The notes under the pieces were generated by a model, which worked only from the letters and a program-made list of their open reading frames with translations, was not told the DNA's origin and searched no databases. From Gammaproteobacteria bacterium (GTDB taxonomy: Bacteria > Pseudomonadota > Gammaproteobacteria > GCA-001735895): DNA of 43,960 nt. Positions 8,513-16,811 of this stretch are shown here, piece by piece (the stretch's first letter is position 1; each line of letters starts with the position of its first letter). The stretch is from NCBI GenBank assembly GCA_030066315.1, contig JASJBW010000007.1, forward strand, positions 1-43,960. The letters run 5' to 3'. A program made the translations under genes and the position numbers.

Positions 8513-10182
8513 TTTCCACTTTTTATCGCCTGATATTCATCAACCTGACACTGGCCCGTTATGGCCTGGATGAAATCATACTGTCCCTCCATCTATTTTC
8601 ACCGTTACGTTTTTTAGCCTGGTTGAATCCCTTTAACTGGTTTCGTAGTCGCAACCAATCGCGATCGGTTCGAATTCGCTTATGCATTGAAGCCTTGGGT
8701 CCGATATTTATAAAATTTGGTCAATTGCTAGCCACCCGACGTGACCTGTTGAATGACGAATTGATCGATGAACTGGAAAAACTACTCGACCAGGTTCCCG
8801 CCTTTCCGGCAGAACAAGCACGTTCTATTATCGAGCAGCAACTGTCACTGCCTCTTGAACAGGCATTTCGGTCTTTTGACGAAGAAGTCCTTGCTTCAGC
8901 TTCTATAGCCCAGGTTCATAATGCTGAGTTACACGATGGCAGTGAAGTGGTGGTCAAGATCGTGAGACCCAACATTGAAAAGGTGATCCGCAAGGACATT
9001 CGTATTCTCAAGATTCTGGCCGGCTTGGCCAACCGTTACTGGAGTGAAGCCAAAAGGATTAAGCCCTTACAAATCGTTACTGAGTTTGAAAAGACCCTGC
9101 TGAATGAGCTGGACCTGGTTCGTGAGGCCGCCAATGCCAGTGAATTACGCCGCCATTTCTTAAACTCGTCCGACTTGTATGTCCCACAAGTTTATTGGGA
9201 TTATTGCAAAACCAATATCCTGGTCATGGAGAGGATTGAAGGGATACCGGTGACTGATGTTGAACAGCTCAATCAGCATCAAATTAATTTGGAAGTTTTA
9301 GCGCGAAAAGGGGTCGAGGTATTCTTTACGCAGGTCTATAACCATAATTTCTTCCATGCCGACATGCATCCTGGCAATATTTTTGTTTCCAGAGAGCATC
9401 CTGATGACCCTAAATATATCGCGGTTGATTTCGGCATCATGGGTTCATTATCGACATCAGACCAACGCTACCTCGCTGAAAATTTTGTCGCCTTCTTTAA
9501 TCGTGACTATAAAAGAGTGGCTGAATTACATGTAGATTCCGGATGGGTAGACCCGAATACCCGTATCGACGATTTTGAAAGTGCCATACGCGCGGTGTGT
9601 GAACCTTTGTTCCAAAGACCCTTGGCTGAAATTTCTTTCGGACAGCTGTTATTACGCCTGTTCGAAACTGCGCGAGATTTTAATATGGAAATCCAGCCAC
9701 AGTTGCTTCTACTGCAAAAAACCTTGTTACATATTGAAGGACTGGGGCGTCAGCTTTATCCACAACTGGATCTCTGGGATACGGCTAAACCGTTCCTGGA
9801 AAAATGGCTGAGCAACCAGATGGGCACAGGCGCTTTGACACAGGGGCTCAAAGACAACCTGCCCTTCCTCGCCGAGCATCTACCCGACCTGCCGCAACTC
9901 GTTTTTAAAACACTGGATAAAGTTGCCAATGACAAGCTGGAAATCGAGTGGAAATCTCGCCAACTGGAAGAAATAAAACAGGAAATTTATAAATCCAACC
10001 AAAGAACCATCAGGGCGGTCATTGGCAGTGCTTTGGTGATCAGTGCCGCGATTATTGCGGGTTTGGATGGTATTATGCCAACCATGATTGGCTCGGGCTA
10101 TCTCTATACCCCTGCCATCAGCATCGTGTTAGGCATTCCTGGTGTATATCTTTTGTTTACTTTATTAAATAATTCCAAGTAA
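8509..10182 (+). CDS. ubiB: Ubiquinone biosynthesis regulatory protein kinase UbiB
   Basis: LGPIFIKFGQ, ASASIAQVH, FFHADMHPGN and DFGI motifs; C-terminal TM helices. Confidence 0.96.
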   Translation: MISTFYRLIFINLTLARYGLDEIILSLHLFSPLRFLAWLNPFNWFRSRNQSRSVRIRLCIEALGPIFIKFGQLLATRRDLLNDELIDELEKLLDQVPAFPAEQARSIIEQQLSLPLEQAFRSFDEEVLASASIAQVHNAELHDGSEVVVKIVRPNIEKVIRKDIRILKILAGLANRYWSEAKRIKPLQIVTEFEKTLLNELDLVREAANASELRRHFLNSSDLYVPQVYWDYCKTNILVMERIEGIPVTDVEQLNQHQINLEVLARKGVEVFFTQVYNHNFFHADMHPGNIFVSREHPDDPKYIAVDFGIMGSLSTSDQRYLAENFVAFFNRDYKRVAELHVDSGWVDPNTRIDDFESAIRAVCEPLFQRPLAEISFGQLLLRLFETARDFNMEIQPQLLLLQKTLLHIEGLGRQLYPQLDLWDTAKPFLEKWLSNQMGTGALTQGLKDNLPFLAEHLPDLPQLVFKTLDKVANDKLEIEWKSRQLEEIKQEIYKSNQRTIRAVIGSALVISAAIIAGLDGIMPTMIGSGYLYTPAISIVLGIPGVYLLFTLLNNSK

Positions 10183-10215
10183 GCTTAGGCCTGTCTTTCT
10201 TAACAGAGCCCCCCT

Positions 10216-11151
10216 GTGCCTTCTGGTTATTCCATATCTCGTCGCCAATTGTTAAAGCAAGGATTACTGCTGGGGAGTATTGCGGCAGTACCCGCGCTGG
10301 GCAGTCAAATAAGCAAAAGACCGATCATTACCAAACCCATCCCTACCTCTGGTCAACCTCTACCCATCATTGGCATGGGCACCTGGATCACTTTCAATGT
10401 AGGACAGGATATTGAAGCCCGCTTGAAACGGACTCAAGTCTTAAAAACTTTTCTTGAACAAGGCGGCCAACTTGTTGATTCATCTCCGATGTATGGTTCT
10501 GCAGAAGAAGTACTGGGATTTTGTCGTCAACAGCTGGGCCAAAGAGCTGACGACTTATTCTCTGCGACAAAGGTTTGGACGTCCAGTACTTCCGAAGGTC
10601 GCTCTCAAATCGACAATTCTCATCGTTTATGGGGATTGGATAAATTTAATTTGTTTCAGGTCCATAACCTGGTCAACTGGCGCGATCATCTCGATACATT
10701 ATTCAATATGAAAGCGGAGGGCCGACTTCAGTATGTGGGTATCACGACGTCTCATGGACGTCGGCATGTCGACCTAGAACAGATCATGAAAACGCAACCG
10801 ATTGATTTTGTTCAGTTAACTTACCATATTGACAACCGGGCCGTGGAAAAACGACTGTTACCCCTGGCTCAAGATCGGGGAATTGCAATCATTGCCAATC
10901 GTCCTTTCAGTGGCGGTGATCTTTTTGATGACTATGAACATCAACCTTTACCTGAGTGGAGCCACGAAATAGACTGCCATAACTGGGCACAATTTTTTCT
11001 TAAATTTGTTGTCTCCCATCCAGCCATCACCTGTGCGATTCCTGCAACTTCTCGAGTAGACCATATGCTTGAAAACATGGGCGCCTTAAAGGGTCCTTTA
11101 CCCGAAGCTGACATGCGCAAAGAAATGCTTAAATATGTATCTCGACTTTAA
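10216..11151 (+). CDS. Aldo/keto reductase with N-terminal twin-arginine signal-like sequence
   Basis: IGMGTW, D-x4-Y (VDSSPMYG), ATKV, VHN and AIPAT motifs of the AKR fold; SRRQLLK followed by a hydrophobic stretch; GTG start. Confidence 0.9.
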   Translation: MPSGYSISRRQLLKQGLLLGSIAAVPALGSQISKRPIITKPIPTSGQPLPIIGMGTWITFNVGQDIEARLKRTQVLKTFLEQGGQLVDSSPMYGSAEEVLGFCRQQLGQRADDLFSATKVWTSSTSEGRSQIDNSHRLWGLDKFNLFQVHNLVNWRDHLDTLFNMKAEGRLQYVGITTSHGRRHVDLEQIMKTQPIDFVQLTYHIDNRAVEKRLLPLAQDRGIAIIANRPFSGGDLFDDYEHQPLPEWSHEIDCHNWAQFFLKFVVSHPAITCAIPATSRVDHMLENMGALKGPLPEADMRKEMLKYVSRL

Positions 11152-11834
11152 TGGAAGATCTATTCAGCTATCGCCTGACCGATTTTCTAATGTTTTCGGA
11201 GCAAACTTATTGGCGTCTTTTTAGCCGATACAACCAATCTATATTTCCACTGCCCTTGCTTTCACTGGCTTTTGGCCTCTACTGTTTATATGCCTTTGTA
11301 GCCTTCAAGAAGATAGTGATTAAGCCACTACTCATGCTGATCGCATTGGCATGGTTATGGATCGGTTTTCGTTTTTTTGGGCAATTGTATAGTGAAATTA
11401 ATGTCTATGCTGGATACCTCGCGGTCCTATTCTGGCTCCAGGGCCTTCTCTTATTATCAAGATCATTTAAAACGGTGACCTATCATGCTTGGTTTCGACA
11501 CCCTTTCGAGAGGTATATAGGTTGGGTGCTCTGGATAATGGCCCTATTAATGCTTCCGTTATTTGAAATTTTACTGGGCAAATCGATGAATGCGACCTCG
11601 AGTTTTGCATTGACGCCCGATAGCATTGCAATCGTATCCATAGCTTTAGTTTTGATTTTAAATATTAAACCTTGGTGGGTACTGGCGGCAGCGCTCTGGT
11701 TAATGATAAGTACATTAACTTACTGGGCCATGGGATCTTTATTAAGCCTGCCACCCTTCATCACACTGCTGATTTATGGCTGGGCGCATTGGTTACAAAA
11801 GCGCAATAAAACAGGCGATAATCCGAGTATTTAA
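11151..11834 (+). CDS. Integral membrane protein, DUF6064-like
   Basis: About 6-7 hydrophobic segments; N-terminal YRLTDFLMFSEQTYWRLFSRYNQSIFP and later PD motif recalled for this family; TAATG overlap with the AKR stop. Confidence 0.65.
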   Translation: MEDLFSYRLTDFLMFSEQTYWRLFSRYNQSIFPLPLLSLAFGLYCLYAFVAFKKIVIKPLLMLIALAWLWIGFRFFGQLYSEINVYAGYLAVLFWLQGLLLLSRSFKTVTYHAWFRHPFERYIGWVLWIMALLMLPLFEILLGKSMNATSSFALTPDSIAIVSIALVLILNIKPWWVLAAALWLMISTLTYWAMGSLLSLPPFITLLIYGWAHWLQKRNKTGDNPSI

Positions 11835-11901
11835 AACCAGAATATTATTATTCTAAAAAAAAAGAGGTTAAAACACCCTTTTCATTGGCATGATCCAAAC
11901 T

Positions 11902-12636
11902 TTACAGGCATTGATCGCGTGTAAAGCCCTTATTAAGTCTCTTGCCATGCTGATAACCTTTCCAATAGGCTTTTTTAGCATCATCCTGATAGTCATCCGG
12001 CATTTTATGAATAACCTCGTTGAAATCTCGGGTCACCACTTTGTTATCCCCACAAAATTTCCTGCGGAAGGCGAGTTGGCCACTCAGTTCAGCGATGCGT
12101 AAATGTTTCATCTTGGGATCTTCGGAAGGTTCTTCGGCCTTCGGTTGGGTGGTTTGCGCTTCCTCAGGTTGTGTTTTTGGATCTTCTTTTACTTTCGCTT
12201 CCACCTCTTTATCGCTACGTGTTCTCGACTGGGTAAGACGTTCACATTCATCTTCAGACAGTAGCGGTGTTTCTGCTTTGCTTTGATCGAAACCCTCTTG
12301 AAACGCATCACGCATAGGGTCACGATAATCTACCGGCATTCTTTGTACCCGACGCGTGAATTCAGCCAGCACATCGGCCTGACCACACTGCAAGCGGGAA
12401 TAACTTAACTTGCCAAGAGTTTTAGATAGATTGACCACCGTAGCCGTAGCCGCTGCGGTGGTCTTGGCCTTTTCTTCTTCTGATAATGGTTCTTCAGAGG
12501 GAGGCGCCTGAAATTGCTCAATAGCCCGGTCAATGATGTCCATCACTGAACTCAAGCCCTGGTCACGCAACGCCATCACGGATCCAGGTAAAAAAAATGA
12601 TAAGCAAATCAACAATATGGAAGCGGTTTTAATCAT
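11902..12636 (-). CDS. Secreted hypothetical protein with two ~64-aa Cys-pair repeats
   Basis: Sec-type signal ending VMA; internal duplication at aa 69-131 and aa 180-243 separated by a Glu/Pro/Lys/Thr-rich linker. Confidence 0.75.
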   Translation of the reverse strand: MIKTASILLICLSFFLPGSVMALRDQGLSSVMDIIDRAIEQFQAPPSEEPLSEEEKAKTTAAATATVVNLSKTLGKLSYSRLQCGQADVLAEFTRRVQRMPVDYRDPMRDAFQEGFDQSKAETPLLSEDECERLTQSRTRSDKEVEAKVKEDPKTQPEEAQTTQPKAEEPSEDPKMKHLRIAELSGQLAFRRKFCGDNKVVTRDFNEVIHKMPDDYQDDAKKAYWKGYQHGKRLNKGFTRDQCL

Positions 12637-12869
12637 TGAACAATAACTCTTGGTTTTATCTGGGAATTAAAGCATGTTCCATCCATTTCATCCACCACCG
12701 ACATCACAAGATGAAGAGATTTATATTTTCAATACAAGGTATTTAAGTATAACTCGCGCTGAAATCCTTAATAAGGTTGCTTTTTACCCCGGCAAAAGAG
12801 TATTTTGGGTAAATGCTGCAGCGCAACAATGGACGCTGGCGATATCTTATAATAATTAGGAGAGTGACT

Positions 12870-14177
12870 GTGAACCGACAAGAACAGATAAAACAACTTG
12901 AAAATGACTGGCTTACCAACCCTCGTTGGGCGAATGTAAAACGTGGCTATAGCGCTGAAGATGTGGTGCGACTGAGGGGATCGATTCAGCCTGAATATAC
13001 CCTCGCCCGTCGCGGTGCCGAAAAACTCTGGGAAAAAATCAATGGCGGAGCCAGAAAAGGCTATGTCAATGCATTTGGTGCGATAACCGCTGGACAAGCC
13101 ATGCAACAGGCCAAAGCTGGGCTTGAAGCCGTCTATCTCTCGGGTTGGCAGGTTGCTGCAGACGGCAATACCTCCGAAACCATGTATCCCGATCAATCGC
13201 TCTATGCTTATGATTCTGTACCCACCATGGTGCGTCGCATCAATAATACTTTTAAACGGGCTGATGAAATTCAGTGGGGTCGAGGCATCGATGAAGGCAG
13301 TGAAGAATTTGTGGATTATTTTCTCCCGATTGTAGCCGATGCAGAAGCGGGGTTTGGCGGTGTACTCAACGCCTTTGAATTAATGAAAAACATGATTACC
13401 GCCGGTGCTGCAGGGGTTCACTTTGAAGATCAATTGGCCGCTGTTAAAAAGTGCGGGCATATGGGTGGCAAAGTGCTCGTTCCGACGGGTGAAGCCATCC
13501 AAAAATTGATCGCGGCTCGTTTTGCTGCAGATGTCATGGGAGTACCGACAATCGTTCTGGCACGAACCGATGCGGAGGCTGCCAACCTGTTGACCTCGGA
13601 TGTAGACGAGAACGATAAACCTTTTTGCACCGGTGAACGAACTGCGGAAGGTTTCTATCGTGTTAAAAATGGACTGGAACAAGCCATCAGTCGTGGTGTT
13701 GCCTATGCTCCTTATGCTGATCTGGTCTGGTGTGAAACCGGCAAACCTGACATTGGTTTTGCGCGCGAATTTGCCCAAGCGGTACTGGCGGCAAACCCGG
13801 GGCAACTTTTATCTTATAACTGCTCACCCTCCTTCAACTGGAAAGGTAACTTGTCCGAATCCGAAATTGCCTCTTTCCAGGATGAATTGTCTGCATTGGG
13901 TTACAAGTACCAGTTCATTACCCTGGCAGGTATCCACATTAACTGGTACAACACCTTCCAGTTCGCTCATGCCTATGCACGGGGCGAAGGCATGAAACAC
14001 TATACTGAAATGGTCCAAGAACCTGAATTTGCTGCGCGTGAGCAAGGCTATACGTTCGTGTCTCATCAGCAAGAGGTAGGTGCGGGTTACTTCGACGATG
14101 TGACCACCGTCATCCAAGGCGGCTCTTCTTCGGTAACGGCTTTGACCGGGTCTACTGAAGAAGAACAGTTCGGTTAA
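12870..14177 (+). CDS. aceA: Isocitrate lyase
   Basis: KKCGH active-site signature, [19 protein letters not shown] and C-terminal GSTEEEQF. Start placed at GTG 12870 after an AGGAG RBS. Confidence 0.97.
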   Translation: MNRQEQIKQLENDWLTNPRWANVKRGYSAEDVVRLRGSIQPEYTLARRGAEKLWEKINGGARKGYVNAFGAITAGQAMQQAKAGLEAVYLSGWQVAADGNTSETMYPDQSLYAYDSVPTMVRRINNTFKRADEIQWGRGIDEGSEEFVDYFLPIVADAEAGFGGVLNAFELMKNMITAGAAGVHFEDQLAAVKKCGHMGGKVLVPTGEAIQKLIAARFAADVMGVPTIVLARTDAEAANLLTSDVDENDKPFCTGERTAEGFYRVKNGLEQAISRGVAYAPYADLVWCETGKPDIGFAREFAQAVLAANPGQLLSYNCSPSFNWKGNLSESEIASFQDELSALGYKYQFITLAGIHINWYNTFQFAHAYARGEGMKHYTEMVQEPEFAAREQGYTFVSHQQEVGAGYFDDVTTVIQGGSSSVTALTGSTEEEQFG

Positions 14178-14193
14178 AAAATCTCTCCTCGTT

Positions 14194-14244
14194 TCTGGAA
14201 ACGGTAATCCGCTGACTGGGTTGCCGTTCTCCAGACATTTTTTT
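14194..14244 (+). terminator. Intrinsic terminator after aceA
   Basis: Long stem TCTGGAAACGGTAATCC / GGGTTGCCGTTCTCCAGA (with G-U pairs) followed by T7. Confidence 0.75.
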
Positions 14245-14257
14245 CACATCGGTTGAG

Positions 14258-14287
14258 TATTGATCAATAGCTAAGCGGGCATATAAC
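14258..14287 (+). promoter_or_regulatory. Candidate sigma70 promoter for aceK with an overlapping 12-bp palindrome
   Basis: TTGATC (14260-14265), 16 nt spacer, TATAAC (14282-14287). The perfect palindrome TATTGATCAATA (14258-14269) covers the -35 box. Confidence 0.4.
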
Positions 14288-14344
14288 ATGGGTACATGCG
14301 CACTGACCAAAAAGCCTACTGCCCCCCTGGTTTCCGGAATCAAT

Positions 14345-16078
14345 ATGGAAATTGATGCGCAACTGATTGCCCAGACCATACTCAGGGGTTTTAACAAGCA
14401 TTATCGAATTTTTCTCGAGATCACGAAGGGGGCCCAACATCGATTTGAACATTGCGAATGGGACGCTGACCGTAAAGCTTCAAAAAAACGTATCACCTTG
14501 TATACCAAGCGGGTTTGGGAATCGATCGCGAAATTACGTCAAGATTTCGACCTGAATCAATTTGATGAAGCCCTGTGGAAACAGGTAAAAATTGAATACC
14601 TGCAATGCCTGTATGAACATAAACAACCTGAACTCGCTGAAACCTTTTTTAATTCAGTGTTCACCTCTCTGTTTCATCGTCGTTATTACAACAATGACCA
14701 TATTTTTGTTCGCCCCGGGCTTTCGACAGAGTATCTCGATGATGAACTGACTTACATTGGCTTTTATCCCACTCGGCATGGACTGACTAAAACCGTACGT
14801 CAAATCCTGACTTTAAATAACCTTTCCCTACCCTATGAGGATCTAAACCGGGATGTAAGAAGAGTGGTCTCTATCATTAAGAAAAAAATGTTACCGTACC
14901 TGGAGTTTCGTCAACATTTTCAATTGCGAATTTTAACCAGCCTGTTTTATCGTAATAAGGCTGGCTACATTATCGGTATGGGCGTGAACGGTGATCAGAT
15001 CATTCCTTTTGCCATCCCTATTTTGAATAATGAAAAGGGACACTTGTATGTAGATACCCTGATTCACGAACAAAATGATATTGCCAACCTGTTCAGCTTT
15101 GCACGCACCTATTTTATGGTGGATACCAATACGCCGTCGGCCATCGTTAATTTTTTATTACGCATGTTACCCACCAAGTCCAAAGCCGACATTTATACGG
15201 CCATAGGCCTTCAGAAACAGGGGAAATCTGAGTTTTATCGAGATTTTCTGCATCACTTAAAACATTCTTCCGACCAACTTGAAATTGCTCCAGGTATTAA
15301 AGGCATGGTGATGACAGTGTTCAATCTGCCTTCCTATCCTTACGTGTTTAAAGTGATTAATGATCAGTTTGCGCCACCGAAGAAAACCACGCGAAAACTG
15401 GTCAAGGAAAAATACCAGATCATCAAGATGCATGACCGGGTAGGCCGTATGGCCGATACCCTGGAATATTCCTATGCCGCGTTTCCGCTATCTCGGATTT
15501 CTGATGATCTGTTACACGAGCTCAAGAAAAAAATACCTTCCAGCATTGAATTTGAAAACCAAATGTTGATCATCCGCCACCTGTATATAGAACGACGCCT
15601 GGATCCTTTGAATTTATATCTTTCAAACCCTCAAAATGACGGCGAGGCCGTCATACGTGATTATGCTCGTGCGATTAAGGATATGGCTGCCGCCAATATC
15701 TTTGCCGGAGACTTATTGCTGAAAAATTTTGGGGTTACTCGACATGGTCGTGTCATTTTTTATGACTATGATGAAATTGAATTCATGACCGACATGAATT
15801 TTAGACATATTCCCGAAGCACTGACACCGGAACAGGAAATGGCTTCGGAACCCTGGTATTCAATTGGTGCAAATGATGTCTTTCCCGAAGAATTCATTCA
15901 TTTCATTACCGGACAACCTGCACTTAAACGTTTAATACGCGAGCAATATCCCGAGCTTTTTGATGCTGATTACTGGAAATCGGTACAGGAAGATATCAGA
16001 AATCATCGTTACCGCGATATTTTCCCTTATTCCAATCGAATACGATTTAAACATATCTATGCTGACGATAATCACTGA
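14345..16078 (+). CDS. aceK: Isocitrate dehydrogenase kinase/phosphatase
   Basis: ELAETFFNSV, APGIKGMVM, HDRVGRMADT and GDLLLKNFGVTRHGRVIFYDYDE motifs. Start placed at ATG 14345. Confidence 0.96.
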   Translation: MEIDAQLIAQTILRGFNKHYRIFLEITKGAQHRFEHCEWDADRKASKKRITLYTKRVWESIAKLRQDFDLNQFDEALWKQVKIEYLQCLYEHKQPELAETFFNSVFTSLFHRRYYNNDHIFVRPGLSTEYLDDELTYIGFYPTRHGLTKTVRQILTLNNLSLPYEDLNRDVRRVVSIIKKKMLPYLEFRQHFQLRILTSLFYRNKAGYIIGMGVNGDQIIPFAIPILNNEKGHLYVDTLIHEQNDIANLFSFARTYFMVDTNTPSAIVNFLLRMLPTKSKADIYTAIGLQKQGKSEFYRDFLHHLKHSSDQLEIAPGIKGMVMTVFNLPSYPYVFKVINDQFAPPKKTTRKLVKEKYQIIKMHDRVGRMADTLEYSYAAFPLSRISDDLLHELKKKIPSSIEFENQMLIIRHLYIERRLDPLNLYLSNPQNDGEAVIRDYARAIKDMAAANIFAGDLLLKNFGVTRHGRVIFYDYDEIEFMTDMNFRHIPEALTPEQEMASEPWYSIGANDVFPEEFIHFITGQPALKRLIREQYPELFDADYWKSVQEDIRNHRYRDIFPYSNRIRFKHIYADDNH

Positions 16079-16160
16079 CCCTTGAACGGGAACACCACTA
16101 CCAGGGGAATTTTATATCTCCTTGATTATTCAGTTTTTATTTTAACGATTAGGAATTATT

Positions 16161-16190
16161 CAATGCTTTCTGAAAAAGCATTGGTTTTTT
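16161..16190 (+). terminator. Probable intrinsic terminator downstream of aceK
   Basis: 9-bp stem CAATGCTTT / AAAGCATTG followed by GTTTTTT. Confidence 0.55.
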
Positions 16191-16285
16191 AATGGTGACT
16201 ATTGGGATTCACTGCCTCAAAGTAACTCGAATCACCGTTATCATGATAAACATTGTTAATACGTGCCGATTTCAATGAGTGATCT

Positions 16286-16777
16286 ATGACCTTTAAAACC
16301 GCCGACCTTTGTGATGATCATTTTGATCGCGTAAAAGTGATGCAGCCAGGCTTCATGGATTTTGGCGGTCAGATCATGTTTTCCGGTCAGGTTTCAACCA
16401 TTAAATGTTATGAAGATAATTCTAAAGTCAGGCAACAACTGAGCACAGCCGGAATGGGGCGCGTGCTGGTTGTCGATGCAGGCGGATCAAGACGTTGTGC
16501 AATGCTGGGTGACATACTCGCCGGTATGGCTGTCGATAATGGTTGGTCGGGTATAGTGATGTACGGTTTGATTCGTGATAGCTATGAAATCAGTCAGATG
16601 CCTCTGGGTGTGAAAGCTTTAGGGACCTATCCGCTGAAAAGTAAAAAACAAGATATCGGTGACATTGATGTTGAGATCTCATTTGGCGGTGTTGACATCC
16701 GACCGGGTGATTACCTTTATGCTGACCATGACGGTATTATTATCAGTAAAAACAATCTAATACCCAGTAACACTTAG
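16286..16777 (+). CDS. rraA: RraA family protein (regulator of RNase E activity / HMG aldolase-oxaloacetate decarboxylase-like)
   Basis: TADLCD, EDNS, VLVVDAGGS..AMLGD, G..RD and GDYLYADHDG motifs. Confidence 0.92.
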   Translation: MTFKTADLCDDHFDRVKVMQPGFMDFGGQIMFSGQVSTIKCYEDNSKVRQQLSTAGMGRVLVVDAGGSRRCAMLGDILAGMAVDNGWSGIVMYGLIRDSYEISQMPLGVKALGTYPLKSKKQDIGDIDVEISFGGVDIRPGDYLYADHDGIIISKNNLIPSNT

Positions 16778-16811
16778 AACAATAAATTAAAAGATATGAG
16801 AGGAGTGCAAT

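Noticed and set aside
16238-16249. Palindrome TTATCATGATAA upstream of rraA, and similar GTTATGATAAC at 28784-28794
   Set aside because: Both are AT-rich and contain -10-like hexamers; they cannot be told apart from promoter boxes or chance.
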